Below the pieces are notes generated by a model. It was not told the DNA's origin. It saw only the letters and a list, made by a program, of their open reading frames with translations, and ran no database searches. Shown in pieces: positions 1 through 14,800 of a stretch of DNA of 64,000 bases (positions are counted from its first letter, which is position 1; every line of letters begins with the position of its first letter). The DNA is from Diadema antillarum. Lineage: Eukaryota. Location: positions 1,178,001 through 1,242,000 of the forward strand of contig NW_027272134.1 of assembly GCF_040938485.1 (NCBI RefSeq), read 5' to 3'. The translations under genes and the position numbers were made by a program.

Positions 1-1012
1 TAACGTGAATAGGCACTTGCTTATTAAATGTCTTGGGCACTTGCTTGCCCATAATTATGCTCACTTTGGCAACTGATAGATCTCAGGATGCTTGCACGGG
101 CAATTCATTGTTTTTACAGTTTATATGTCAGCTGGAAGGCTATTGTAATAGGCCCTTTTGATATATTATGCAGGTTGCAAATGTTGGAAAATTTTTTCTG
201 AGCCTTTTTGTGAAATGTCTTGCCTGTAATTTTTTTTTTTTTTTAAATTCTGTATTGAGTTTCTAAGCCATGTGTATTTTTTTTTTTTGATTTTCTGTAC
301 TTTTGTATACTGGTAACTTTGTAGGTATTTTGGATTGTTTTTATGCAGGGCCCCTTTGTGAATCAGCTTTTTGACTAATAAAAGGGCTACCCCGTGAAAA
401 TAAAACGGAATGAATAAATGAAAAAAAGTGGGGAAACATAAGATATATACAGTATAACACTATGCATATATATTTGTCTGTTTGTTTCTATGTTTTGTAT
501 ATCCTGCCCATCATATCCTGCTGTTGTGGTACTACTCAATTAGTATGCAGACTGAAATCAGTAGTACTTGTTGTGTGCCATGATTGAAAGTTAATAGCTC
601 ATTAGATTTGTGAAGGAAACCTGTGGATGGATTGCTATCAAACCTATCCCGGGTCCTAAACCATTAAGGAAAGTTTAAACAGATTAGATTCTTTGGAGTA
701 TTGTGCCATATGCAGGTCATTTGTGAAGGTTCAGTGAACTGTGACTAAAAAATCTCTCCTCAGTGTACATTTGACATTGCATGACTATCGTGTAGTGAAT
801 GTTTTGGATACAGTTGGGCAGGTAGGGCCAGTGGGAATACAAGGATATGAGTTAAGTGTTTTGTCACAACTTGTGCCCGTCTTAAAGGACTCATTGAAAA
901 GGAACTTGGCTAATGTGCGAAGGCTTTACTGCTGATATAGAAACATTCATGACTGAATTTATCCAAGCTCTACATTTTTGTTGTAGCAGAACATGATAGA
1001 TGTATAAGCATG

Positions 1013-1188
1013 CAGGGGCGGATCCAGGAATTCTGTAAAGGGGGGGGGGGGGGGGGAGGGGGCGCAAATATTATTTCTGGTGCCACTTCCGGGTTTCATT
1101 TCATTTTTTTCTTTTTATTTCTTTTGTTTTTTTAACGAAAAAAAAAGGGGGGCGTGCGCCGGTTGCGCCCCCTCTGGATCCGCCACTG
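1013..1188. mobile_element. Small non-autonomous TIR element (MITE, hAT-like CAG termini) with internal poly-G
   Basis: CAGGGGCGGATCCAG at 1013 and CTGGATCCGCCACTG ending at 1188 form a 15-bp inverted repeat with 1 mismatch; no clean TSD seen. Confidence 0.6.
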
Positions 1189-3508
1189 TGCATGATTTAG
1201 TCTGCAGTCCAGCTTCCAATCTTCTCTCTCAGTCTTATGCTAAACTGCTTAATTTGATAATCATGAATGTACCATTTGCATCAGTTTGCATAGATGAAGT
1301 GTAACTTCTTGGCACTTTATTTTATAGAACAGATAATGGAGGAGTGTGTAGAGCATGCATTCATTTTCTTTTCTTTGTTGTCAGAGCCTTTGACACACTT
1401 ACAATAACCTTGTGCGCAATCATGTTTCTTAAGTGCATTTCTTAAATATAATATAATGGGAAAAGTGGAGTGTTCAGTACTTTCAGTACCCCGTCTATTA
1501 TGAGCACCCTTTTGTGTCTATATTCAAGTTTCATAATAAAGTCATAAAAGCTGCCATTAGTTTCATGTACGTGGTGATGTATTATTGACTAAGTTAACCT
1601 CATGATATGCTTAAAATCCTTTTGATATGATGGTAAGGTTTCAAGAAAGATTTGCTAAGGCTTTACAATAAAAAAAAAAAATCCCATCTGTATTATCTTT
1701 TGAAATCAAACTGTATTTATTTTGTTGCATATTGGGCATGGTGCTGTTCAAGTGAAATTGGAAGTATTTGTGCAAGTTAAAAGGGCTCAACACTTTCTGG
1801 AAGAAAACAGTCTACTGAACACTATACAGTACTTCAGTGTGTACTTTAATCAACTACCTGCACCTCGTATAAACAATATAATTGCTGTACAGAATGACTC
1901 ATTTCTTATTGCCCAAAGACAATGCTCATAATCACAAGCAATTAAAATGAATCAGCTATAAAGATTTAAAGACCTGCACTTTTCAATCATGATATGTACA
2001 TCTTTTTTTGTTGTTGTTATGTGTCCTGTGAAATAAATGTTTGTTAAAGAGAGAAATCACAAAAGAATGTGTAGCTAATAGGTAAATTCCTTCCACAAGA
2101 TTTTGATATATGTGTACTCTGTAGTGAGGAAAACAGCTAAACTATTTGTCACATGACCCTTGAGTCTGGGAAATAGCTGAGATGAGGCAGGATGTATATA
2201 TCATCTGACTTTTTCTGGCCTATTGCTGCCAGAAATATAATTCTGTAACCCATAATTGTCAGTAATCAGACCTGCTTTTCATTCACATAAAACCATGTTT
2301 GTAGCATTCTTACATTTCCTGAATAGGGTTAACAAGTCAAAGCAAGATTTCCTTTAATCTCTTCTGAGAAGGATTTGTAGCATGTTAATTGATGTTCCAG
2401 AAGTTCCTGAAAATATTAACTTCTTCTAATGAATTATTTACCTGTTGAACAACCATACTACATACTAGCCAACTGTTCCTAGATTGTGTTTTCATTATAG
2501 CCTGAACATTCTTTTATTTTGTTGTATTTTTTTATTTATTATCATTCTTTTTTTTTACAAGAAAGGAGAACCATTTTTACAGCAAATTCCTTATTTCATA
2601 AAATCAGCTAATGGCAAAAAATTAAAATAAACAGAACTAACAATGAAATATTGATAAAAACTCTAATTTTTCTTTTATACATAACTACCCCCATTTGCTT
2701 TCTATAGTATGTGGTGTGCCTAAGGTTGACAGGTGTGATGCCATCCATTAGAAGCAATAAAGATATTTGAATAAACAGACACATTAAATTAATAAATTGC
2801 TTGAAGATATATGTATTATGCTGTTTGCAAATGCACATTCAAATACCACACACCCTAATTCCTTGTAAAAAGGTTTTTGTTTTTTCTTTGCAAGACACTA
2901 AAATGATTTATGAAGAACATTACCTTTTTTTTTGTCAAGCTGTTGATAGGCCTAAGTGTAAAAAAAAAGAAGAAGAGCACCATAATGTCATGCATTACCT
3001 CATACATAGTAAATCATAGAGGAATCAGCTCCTCCGTAACCATGGTGACTTAATACCACTTAAATTCAGTTCAGGCTGTTTGGGCTCTTAAAGGTAGGGA
3101 ATCCCATTTGCACGCCTTAAATGAAGAGTTGTATAAATACAGTGGTATGTTGAAGAGAGTATCATTTTAGAAACTCCCATAAAGTATTGAAAGTGGAAGT
3201 TAACATTTAGTACATTTTTTTGACCGTTAGATTTTGAATTGAATCTGAACAAAAAATAAAAAATAGCATGGAGATTGCAAATCTTATGAAAAGATTCATG
3301 TGCTGTTGTCCTTTTGAAATGTTACAAAATGTTACAAACTTATTAGGAATGAAGGCTAATCATAAAATATCTCTTCTCTCCAAAGTTTGCACAAAAGTTT
3401 GAACATTTACAGAAATGTACAAGTGAGACAAGAGTTGTATAAATAATGGCTTGCGAAAGGAAGTGTTTTTATTTTCTTTGAGCTCACACAATATTCTCTG
3501 TCTCAAGT

Positions 3509-4693
3509 TCAGCATGATGAGGTGTGCACACCAGAGACACTTGTTTCTGTGTTTGACTGTTTAGATCTCGCCTCATTGTCATGTTCAGTTAGCGCTGCTG
3601 CACTCAAAAATCGCCTCAGAAATCTCGAAGGTTCTGGGATCCGATCTAAGTCACAGTGCACCATGCACCCAAAGACGAGCCGAAAGGTGGGATGTTTGAG
3701 GGCATAGATGATTGGATTCAGGCAGCTGTCAAAGACGAGAACCAGCGCAAGGTATGAGGAAACATGCAGAATTAAGCCAGGGGATTTCACAAAAGTCGTA
3801 GCAAAGAGGAGTGCCGTGTATGGCAGGACGCAGAGGAAAAAACCACAGATGACGTAGAGGAGGTTCTTGGTAATTGTGATGTCTAGCCGTGTGGGCTTGT
3901 GCACCTTTTTCTGACCTGGTTCTTTTTTGGCTGTCTCCCCTCCTTCTACCTTAGCTTTTTCCAGCGTTTCCCTCTTCTCTCTGGGAGTGGACGGAGCTTT
4001 GTTTGTGGTTGTCATGGTGTTGCGTACATGCTGCCTCACATGCCTGTATATGAAAAAGTAGCTCGTAACAATGAGGATGAATGATATCATGGCCAGAATG
4101 CCGGCCAGAATCTGGTAGATGTAAGCAGCAGGGTGCATAAAGTCCCATGCACATAGTCGGGAGTTGATGTCATAGCCAAGTTTTCCCTGTCCAGCAGCCT
4201 GTGGCACAACGAGCGTTACTATGGGATACGCCCATGAGAGGATGACCATGGCCGCCACTTTCGGAGCGGTATATATGCGCCTGTAATCCTTCCGAGATCT
4301 TGTGATCAGTATGTAACGGTTGATGGCGATCAACGCCAGGGTCAAGACGCTGCAGCTCACTGCTGTCACAACACTGGAACCGGCAATGGCGCAAATGACG
4401 GGATGCAGTGGCCATCCGCGCTCACCCAGCAAGCCCACTGCTTGAAAAGGCTGGACGATGGAGACCAGAAGGTCCGTCACACTCAGGCTGACGATGAAAA
4501 CGTTCGTGGCTGTCTGGAGCTTTCGGGATAGGAGAACTGCGGCCATCACAAAGAGATTCCCAACTATACCCACAACTCCGATGATGCAATAAAGGGTAGC
4601 CAAAACGGCCCTCTCTGCGTAGTTTGAGATTCCCTGTGATTCCAACCCACTGTTCCATGGGGCTGGAGAGGTACTGAATGACTGAAACTCCAT
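3509..4693 (-). CDS. Class A (rhodopsin-like) GPCR, NRY-type (Moody/Tre1/GPR84/melatonin-receptor-like), 394 aa, single coding exon
   Basis: Seven hydrophobic helices; GN in TM1, LSVTD in TM2, INRY at the end of TM3, LCAWD in ECL2, NPIIY in TM7. The ORF-track start at 4771 is TTG; the first ATG is at 4693, downstream of a strong splice acceptor (ttctttttctttctcag ending at 4784), implying a spliced 5' UTR. Confidence 0.9.
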   Translation of the reverse strand: MEFQSFSTSPAPWNSGLESQGISNYAERAVLATLYCIIGVVGIVGNLFVMAAVLLSRKLQTATNVFIVSLSVTDLLVSIVQPFQAVGLLGERGWPLHPVICAIAGSSVVTAVSCSVLTLALIAINRYILITRSRKDYRRIYTAPKVAAMVILSWAYPIVTLVVPQAAGQGKLGYDINSRLCAWDFMHPAAYIYQILAGILAMISFILIVTSYFFIYRHVRQHVRNTMTTTNKAPSTPREKRETLEKAKVEGGETAKKEPGQKKVHKPTRLDITITKNLLYVICGFFLCVLPYTALLFATTFVKSPGLILHVSSYLALVLVFDSCLNPIIYALKHPTFRLVFGCMVHCDLDRIPEPSRFLRRFLSAAALTEHDNEARSKQSNTETSVSGVHTSSC

Positions 4694-7600
4694 TTTCTTT
4701 GAATAGTAGTCCCTGCAGTCATGTAATCCAGTGCTCCCTACAACAGCAGGATTCACAGTTGAAAATTCCAATGTGATATGAGCCTGAGAAAGAAAAAGAA
4801 TAATGGTATTGATTTAAATGTGCACGTGCATCTGATGTCAGGTAATGTTGGTTAATATGCCCATGATACATGCTACGCTATGCAGTAACTTGTGCAAGAT
4901 TCAACATGACAGTGAATGCCAATTCCGGGTTCACAGATAAGGAGAGATACCATGGAATGATAGACATTTGTCATTCATTGTTTTTGTGGTTAAAAAAAAA
5001 AAAAAACAACGACACCCAGATCCAAGCCCAGCTGTGCATTTCCAGTAATCCATTTTCAGTGTACTTCTTCAAGAACACATCAAGGCACCATTCAGTCATT
5101 TTATTTTCCCTAATCTCAGCTGCTCCCCTTCAACCATGTCACATTGTGCTATTTCTGTTTGCAGGTAAGGTCACATGCACATCCTCAGCCCTGGGACCGT
5201 ACATTGGAGTTTCCTGTGGTAAATGACATCAATCTTAATTTCAAGCACGAATGTCTGTCACTTTCAAGATTCATCTTCGTAGAAAAAAGGGGGATCATGC
5301 AATTCAACAATGATGGCATACACAATAGAAGTTTTTATTTTTTTTAAAAAGTGTTAATGCATAAGTTTTCAGCATCTTTCTGACGCTTGAAGTACAGCAT
5401 TAAGATTTGTTAGTTGAATTTTCTGAATTAGAAAGATATATCCAAACATTGGAATGAAGAAGCCATATGTGATGTGATGCAGAAAAGAAATTCCAATCAA
5501 AATTGCCCTACCTGTGTTTGAGCAGTATGATATGTTAAAATGGAAGTGATGAAAGTAGGGATTTTAAAATTGATATTGGCAATGAAGATGAATCATTGGG
5601 AATCAGTTTAAGTATTTGTGGTTGTTTATCACCAGCTCATTAATAGTCATACATAGTCATTGTGATTAATGTATGGAGGCGGGCGGTTAATGTTACTGGA
5701 AGACTATGATGCCCCTTTTCTTCCCTCCTCCACTTTCAATCTTTTTTTCCCCCTTTTCCCCTTCATGAGTGCGGTTAGGGAGAGAGGAAGTTTTTGCTTA
5801 GAACTTGGCTACTGTTCAGGTGGGGGAAACAGGAAGTAAGCTTGATGGATCCAATCTATTCTTATTTAAGTGATCACATTTAGGATTTGAGTTCAAACTC
5901 ACAGGCATCTGCCTCCTCCACAGCTGACTCCTTCAGCCTTGAAAGTAAGTGAAGGGGGGGGGGGGGGGGAGGGAAGAACCCCCCCCCCAACACACACACA
6001 CAAAACAAACCCAGGGATAGTCTGAGTTGAGATAACAGGCATGTGAGAATGCTACTGAATGTAAGACTACTTCCAACTTAGAGTTGCACCGAAAGTTTTC
6101 GGCATATGAATCGCCTGTAGGCAGGGAGCAGGTCTAGCATTTGCACTTTTGTTGCTAACTGATTATGATAATAATAGTGAATATTTGTAGAGTGCCTTTT
6201 CCACTGGATACAAAGCGCTATGAGATGTCATCTCTGGTTGCCATTCTTTACTTGGAAGTGGCAAGGTTTTGATTCTTATCACATGTTTTGAGTGTACATG
6301 GTGATTTCTACTTCTACTTTAACATTTATCACATTTGACACATGTGCAGGACAAAAACAAATGCTATTCTTGCAGATACAAAGATCATTGTGTGAACACC
6401 GTATGGCCAGCTTAGCCATATTGAATAAGTGCATATGAAAAATTTTTCATTGGACTAGAATTGATTATAATCAGAAACACCTGTCTCTATGATTTTTGCA
6501 TTATTTCATATTAGGATCAGAGAATTTGTTTGAAATTAATTAAAACAAGTTGCCTGAAAATATAGAGTGAGCCCAGGACAACTTTAACAGTGGATTAATA
6601 CCGGTACATTCTTTTGAATGAGAAAAAAAAAAAGGAAGAAAAAGAAAGCAAATGCTTTTGTGCAAGGAATGTGTACTTCAGTTATTTCTTTTTTTGTATG
6701 TGTATATTGAGATAGTGGTTATGATGTAGTTTTCAATGTCAGTAATAGAGTTTCTGTGTGTATGCCCTTAAAATGTCTATTCTGTTAAGCTGTCAAGATT
6801 TGAATGGGTCTGCTCTTTAGAAGCTGTCCCAGAGGTTTCAGACAGGTCTAAAAAAGAAAAACGGGAAAACGTGATTGTAGAAAAATCAGGAACTGGAAAC
6901 AACTACTCCTAGAAAACCTTCTGTGTCCACCCCCTTAAACTAACAATACTCAAGCAGAATTTGCAGAAACTCTCAAACTCAGCAGAATTTGGCAAAGCTT
7001 GAATGCTTTGATGTTAGAAATCCTGTAATATTTGGTTGCGTGACATACAGCTGTGGTAATTTCAAGACTTTTTTTCCCTCTTGAAACTATACAATATTAA
7101 AGGTCACCACTCTGATGGCCAAAAATGACTATTCTAATCGATTGCAACAAAAATGGCTATGATAACCCATTAGCAACCTCCCAGAGCACATTGTCTATAT
7201 TCACAAATGCTGTGAGCTTTTTGCCCAAGGGTTAATACAGTGGCAAAAAAAAAAAAGAAAAAAGGAAAAATGCTTTATGATATCACAATGTTTGCAAGTA
7301 ATCATTGGCCCATTGTAGCAGGATATCATACACTGTATCTGTCATGCAGCAATCACACACTGCACCAACTTACAAAATCAAGTCTCACCTCCCTGTATTG
7401 CTATTCTCAAAATAGATCAAATCAATTAAAACTCTATTAAAGGGTTTTCAAAAATATGCTACAGCCTCTAAAATGGGATACATGTCACTCTCCATCCCCA
7501 AAGTGTTACATAGGAGGATTACTCATCAATATCCGCGCACGTCCTGAGAAGCCAATTAATCATAATGTTTGCTCTAAGAGTTTGCCTAAGCAGTATTAAA

Positions 7601-10600
7601 AACCAATGTCAGACTTTGCCACACGGCATGAACAGACTCCAGCATTTAATAGACGGGATGGAAAGGAATCTTACTGGGATGAAAGTAATACCCTCCTTGG
7701 TAATACCAAGTCTACCTGTAGCTGTAGCTTCATTCGCCTTGGTTGGCATATGAAGATAAGATTCAACAAAAAACTTGTACTTGTATGTATGCACAAGCTC
7801 TGTTTGCAACTTCGTGATTTTGGAAGAGGATCAGAAAAACAAATCTCCCACGAATGATATATGATTGCAAACTTTTGTAAAGAAAGTCATACCACTTTAA
7901 ATCAAAAGAATTTACGTGAACAGATTTCATACTCACTGGATCAATTTTAGAGGCCAATGTGACTAGCAGTAGAATATGCAGCAATGGAAAAGTTTTATTC
8001 CATGTCGCAACTTTTCTCCGTGTATCATATACTTATCAGCACCAATCAGTCAGTGGTAAAACAGAAACCTTCCCATTTGGTTTAGATCCTGCAGTTCAGC
8101 AAAGGTATTACATAACACTCACCTCAACATGGTGTCAAAAAGGACATTAGTCACTACCTATGCAAGATGCACTGGGGTGATAAGAGATTACAACATTGCA
8201 GTATTTGGTATAATATGTTGCTATAGAAAAGTTGCAAGTATCGGTGGATGGAAAAAAAACAACAAAACTCACCTGTCTAAGTTGCCAGGGGCAACAGACT
8301 TTCCTGCCTAATAGTTTCCCACCATGTGAACCAACAAGTGTGATTCGAGAAAATGTTCTATCACAAATGTGTAGTCCATATCATCACGTAAGTATGCATC
8401 CCAAAGAAGAGCGACTTTAATTGGGCCAAGAGTAAATATTGAGCCCCTAGTCCTGCATCACAGGTGGTGATCCACTCTCCTCATGAATGAAAGCGTTTGC
8501 AATGCAGGCTCCACGGAGCGGCAACTCCAGACCATGGCCGTGTGCGCTCCTATGAGCTCTCGATGTCTGAATGGGCCTGTGTGACAGGGCTGAAACCGCA
8601 AAGTGCCTGTCTCGTGTCGTCCGGGCCGAGTCCCTTAGAGGGGGCCGTCACATCCCTGGCTGGGGCATCCGAGACCTGCACGCACAGCACCGTGGGTACT
8701 TGAAGAGGAAGTCACCTGCTAAAGGAGCAGCACGATAGCTGTGAGCAGCCAATTTTAGTGACTGCCAATGCCTCTGTTTCCATGCTGATGGAGAGAGTAG
8801 ACCGGCCTGACCGACTGCGGCAGACATGTAGAAAGTAAAGCTGACAGTTCTAGTCTCGGCTTTAGACTTTACTCCTGCAGACTTTTCCAATTTCCTTGTA
8901 TGTGCAAATCACCAATACAGGCAAAATTTTCTCTTCTTTCATTTCACGGCATAAACTGAGGAGGAAAAGTTTGAGAGAATATTCAATAAAATGTGTGCAT
9001 ATTCCAGCAATGTTGATTGGAGCTCGCTTACGTGATTGGAAATTAATGTAAAGGAAAGAAAGTTATTTTTTTGTGTGCCATTGCTGTAAAATACAACTCA
9101 TGCTTACCTGTGGACATTGTCAGTGTTTAGTTTTTAAATCTGTTTGAATAGGATTTATAAACAGTATCTATTTTTTAATGCAAACGTATTGTTACATATT
9201 TTGCATTTAATCTCCTATGACATTTGTGCAACATATTTATATTCTTAAGTGGTAGGAAAATCTGAAAGAGGAGAAGATTTTGCACAGGCAGCAATAATCA
9301 GAGAAGAAAATGCAGACTGCTTTCTTGACTGAAAAAAAAGAGAAGAAGATACAGGGAAAAATGGCATTCAGTGTCAAAGGTCTGAATGGCAAACTAATCA
9401 CTGTTAAAAGTCAGTTTGTTATGGAAGTTTTCTCCGTCCTCCTGCCAAAATTTTCAGGCCATTTCTTCCTTTCTTTATTTTTTTCCTTTTCTCTCCCTCT
9501 CTTTCTTTTTCCATCTCCCTCTCTCTCCTGCTCTCTCCCTTTCTCTCCATGCAGTCAGGGGCAATTTCCAAATGTACTCCCTAGCTCCCAGTGAATCACA
9601 CATCGCTACCCCTGCATTTCATTTCTCATGCTCCCCCCCCCCCCCCACCCCCTCTCCTCTCTGCTGAAGCTAATTGTGGAAAGTGAGCAGCTGTTTGTAC
9701 ACATCATGGTCATGATCATGCTTTGGTGTCATACATCCAAGAGGAAGTGCAAATCTTCTTCCTCAAAGTGGTTATTGTTTTTTTTTCCTCATCCTTCAGT
9801 CAATCATAGAACTTTGAATGAACCATACTTCATCCATCTCAGCTTTCTTTGGCCATCTTCTATCAGGATTACCTGATTCATTTTATCTTTTCTCTTTTAA
9901 CCTGTCAGCTGATATTCTGCAGCTACACATGAATGTTTACAATGATATGTTGAGACAAGAAATAAATTTGTGTGTGTATGGGGGGGGGGGGGTGAGGGTA
10001 TTTTAATAGGACAACGCATGAACTCTGTTGGTTTACCTCAAAAGTGCAACGCCACTTTGACTTAACTAAGATACAATCAGACAGACAGTTGTGGAAGGCT
10101 CCTTAGGGTTGAACGTGAAGTTCATTGGATGTTGAAGTATCCTTTCACAAAACAGTGCAATTATCGAAATGAAATACATATGCAAATGAAATAAAGTAAT
10201 AATGTCACAGTCTCCCAAGTCTCTCATTGATCTACACATAAGATCTTTCCCAGAATATCTTGAATACCAAAATGCTTCCACCATGTTTTCATTCTATTGT
10301 TTGTTTGCAAAACTGATATCGTCAACTTGATGTTGCTCACAGTAGGCTCATGCTCACACACTGAAAAAGTGTGAGTCAAATCGCGATTCTAATCACACTT
10401 CTTTGCGCTCTGGTTCACACATTGCGATCTAAATTGTGCCAATTAACAATGAACAATTGCAACTCAAATTGCAGCGGTTTAAGCAAGGTTGAATTATGCA
10501 TGGGTGAGTCACAGACTTTGACCTGACTTTGAACCATGCACCTTGTATTTTAAGATATAAGAGCTTCACAGCATTCATACACACTTCACAGCGCAAATAA

Positions 10601-11797
10601 TCGTGACTATTGAGAAAAAATGTGACCTTTTTCAGAAACCTCACATTCTGCAAGGTGGGCAGATTGCAATTTTACTCTCATCAATAGGCGCAATTATCGT
10701 GTCCACACAGATGTAGATAAACCAGTTTTTGCATCGCGATTCAGATCATGGCCCAGATAATTATGACTATTGCTGGCTGTGTGAATGGGCCCATTGAAAT
10801 ACTTTATTTTGTACTGTAATCTACTGAAGATAAGGCTGGTACTTATTTTTTACACTTCCATATGATAGAGAAAGCCATTGATTTTCAAAAGGAACTATTC
10901 AGGAGAGAGAGAAAAAAAGTATGTTTAATTTGTGTTTGTTTGTGTGTGTACAGATGAAAGTGTATGGCAGAAATGTAATAATGACATGACTTTTGTTGAG
11001 CTGTGCATTGACTGTCGTGATTGATGATTAAAAGACAATTGTGATGGAAATAACTTTCTTGTACAATTACAGATTTTGCTCAGTTTTTCTCTTGTCTCCT
11101 TCAACTGTGTGGTTATGTGACAGAACCTATATTAAAGATTATAACCTTATGCCCTTGGGCCATCCCTGCCTTGGGGCATGATCTAGGATAATCACTTTCA
11201 CATGTTTTTTTCTTTTGTTGTGATACATAGTTTAGAATCTGTGTCTCTTTGGACCTCACTTTGTGAAATATAACAATGAGATGAAATCGTCAGCCTCCTA
11301 CTGCTAGCAAGATGAGTGAAACCTGTATCGAATGTCTGTGGGATGACAGCCAGCAGGAAGGAATACTGCCATTTTCCAGAGATTGATAGCAATTATCGAG
11401 CTGATTGTTATCTCATTCTTTAGGGGTAGGGTGGGGGTATTTTTTGGCAGATGTCGCAAATAATTCATGAAGTAAAAAAGAAAATAAAACAACATAACCT
11501 TTTACTGCCTATGATGACGTAAAAGTGAACTTCCCGCATTTGTAGGACAGAACAGGGTTTCAAGTTGCCCTTTTCCCCTCTATGGGTCTTTTTTTTTTTC
11601 CCCGGCCATTGAACTGAAAATTTGTGGCAGACTTCCGATTCTCTTTTCACTGTCTGTTGTGTGATAATTTGCATGTACATCCTATGAAGAAATAACTGTT
11701 TTAAGCGTGCTTTACAGTATGTTCTCTAATGGAAATGTGACTCTTTAGTCTGTCTGCTGATACTGAACAAATGCTGATACTAAATGGAGCGCCTTGA

Positions 11798-11823
11798 AAC
11801 AACAACAACCACAACAACAACAA

Positions 11824-11854
<31 letters not shown>
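11798..11854. repeat. (CAA)n microsatellite
   Basis: Near-perfect CAA run seen directly. Confidence 0.9.
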
Positions 11855-14800
11855 TGCAGAGATGCGAAAGGTGGAAAAGTGTCAAATTAAGTTCTAAAGT
11901 GAAGCAGCACCACATCTTTTTGGTGACATAAAAATCTAGAGTCTTTGGCCAGGTTATGCATTTTCTGTATTGTTTCAATTTCTAGTTTGAACTAACTGCA
12001 TGACATTGATTTTTCAGAAAATATTATTCATTTGATTTATATTTTGCCCTGTGTAATAAAAAATAAAGCATATCATTATGTATTTGTACAGTATAGGCCT
12101 ATACTATATGACCATCCATGCACAGAATTATCAGTATGTCGGGGGAAAATACTTTGGGTATAGGGTGTCAGTTCAAAATATAGCCCTAAAACTTCTCCAC
12201 AGTCCAGCCCAACTCCCTGCCCCCCTCCTTCCCCCCCCCCCCCAAGAAGAAATACAGACACCAATTAAAAATAACAAAACCTACAAAACAAAGCAACAAC
12301 AACAAAAAGCAAGAACAACAAACCAACAACAACAGCAATGATAACACGAAAACAAAAGAGTAAGTTTATACTACCCCACAGAGTTTGGGAATTGGAAACA
12401 CAGCTTCCCCCTTTTTCTTGAATTTCCCCAAGGCATCTTGTAGAGGATCCAAGTGTATTTTTTGCCTTTTCGCTAATCAGTCCTTCTGTATAATATGTAT
12501 TTATGACTAAGTGAACTAAATTGATTCAATGTGTGATGAGGGAGGTAGAAGGGCATGTGTCACACTGGGAAAGTAGCTCCAAGGGAAACGTACCTTGTAT
12601 TTTATATAAAGAACTATATTGGGGTCATACGCCAGAAGCTGTATTCATTTCTTGTCACAATTCATTAGGGTGAGACAGGAAAATCAAGTTTCCTATTGTG
12701 CTTTAAAATCATTATTCATCTGTTGAATTTTTGTGCTCTGCCTCTTCGAGAGATATTGTTTTTCTACGCAAGATCTCTTGCAGTACCAATATAAAATACA
12801 TCTATGTTATCCTCTTTGTAACTTGATGCATTATCATGATTTTATCTTCCTGTCTTATGAATTTCCCATACATTTTGGATCCTAGGTTAAGCTCGTCGGT
12901 GCTCTTTAGATAAAGTGTTATCAGTATGTGACGCTCATTTTCTTCATTAGCAATAGCTGTTATGAAACCAAATATGCCTGTAGTACAGAGTTGCTGGTAT
13001 GTATATCAAAAACCTGCGCCCTCAAGTGGAAAGTGATACTTGATCATCACATTCTCCTCACTGATAACTGAAAGGATGTGCGTGTGTGCTAATTCCGTCT
13101 GTGTAACAGTTTATCTTCTTGTGATAAGAGGTTTAAGGAGAAATTATTTACTGGTGTATAGTTGTGTACAATTGGCGCATCCTAGTTGTGATGCTTTCCA
13201 GGAAAAGTAATTGACTCTGTGTGTGCACAAATCATAATTCTGACCAATCAATTCAAAAGCCTGCAAAGGTAACCTTATTTTCCTTTTTTCTAATTCTTGT
13301 CTATTTGAATTTGGCAGAATCTGAAATTACAATTGAATGTCATTTGATTTTGTATTGGTTATTCATGGAGACCAGATACATGCGTGATGAGAAGGGAGGC
13401 TGCTAGATAAAGACAGTTTTGAAAAAAAAATGACTTTGAATTTAGATGTGTTGAATGCAAGGAAGCAGGGAACACAATATTATGTCATTTATAATGAAAA
13501 GATGAAAGTTAAGGGAGTTTATCTTCATATCATCTAATTGACTGCAGTATCTGACTGGTGGGAAAAAATGCTTTTACAAATTATTGTACTTTAGAATACC
13601 GTAGGCTTTTGATTAATTACAGGGAGTAGTTGACATATTAAAGTTCCCAATTTCAAACATTTGCAAGATTGTATTAATAGTTCTTCACTTTGTTTTTCAG
13701 CTTAAGTGTCTGTTATTTTATCAGTGGATCTCAGTGATTGGTCACAGTAAAGCAACAAAATAAAGAAAATAAACAAATAGGATTATGATAAATTTACTTT
13801 GAGATCTTGGAGGAGAGGAAAAAGAAATCATCCATCATTTCATTTGTACTGAAGTATATTTTTAGATGACATACAATTGATTCAAAGTGTGAAGTAGTGC
13901 AGAGTTCTGTTCACCTATTTGCGGTGCATTGAGTCATGAGAGTTAATGTACAGTGTATGAATTAGATGTGTTTTTCATTATTAGCCGTCAGAAATATTTT
14001 TCTGATTTCACATTCAGGGAATGTACTTCCATCTGAAAGTGACAGACTAATAGACCAATTTCATCCTAGCATGCTGTCATTGTTCATAAACCTGGAAATA
14101 GATTAGACATATGTCTGTGTATATTTTATTCCATTCCTGACTGACAGCTATAGACAGAAATCAAAAGCTGAATGTTTAATCTATTGAACATTTTCTTTTG
14201 TTAATGAAGGAAAATTTGGCAGAAATGGTAGCATATTTTTAGCCTGTTGAAGACAAGTCCGTAGAATACTCAGGCAGATGTCTATGGGATATACGTGTTA
14301 TAGCGAAATCAGTTCATCCTAAACAGGTTAATGAAAGCAAGGAAATCACTGTGAGCCATAAGGGAAAATGTTTTGGTATAAGAGGAAGGCTATTATCCCC
14401 TCCCTCTCCCCCCCCCCCCCAAAAAAAAAAGAAAAGAAAAGAAAAGAAATGTGAAAAAAAGTTTTGACAGTCCGTATACCTGTAGTAAATAAGGAATAGT
14501 ATGGAATCTAAGCAACTGTGATGGTTGCATGATCACATTGTCACAATAAAGCTCATGTTATGGTCGTGAATGTTTAGATTGTGTGAATGATTCAACTTTC
14601 TCTGTCTTATCAAATGTGTGACAATTAACCCTGGAATCATAGGGAGAAGGGAAGTAAAGAGTGTAGTGCCTTTGGAGGTATATGAAATAGTTCTACTGGT
14701 AGTGCAGCTTTATGATTTTAGTGTGCTTGATGAGGTTGAATTCCTGCACAAATGTGCATCACAGGGCTCAGGATTTTGCCCTAGAAATGCCTGTCTATGA

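Noticed and set aside
3509-4771. ORF-track start at 4771 for the first GPCR
   Set aside because: It is a TTG just downstream of a splice acceptor; the first ATG is at 4693.
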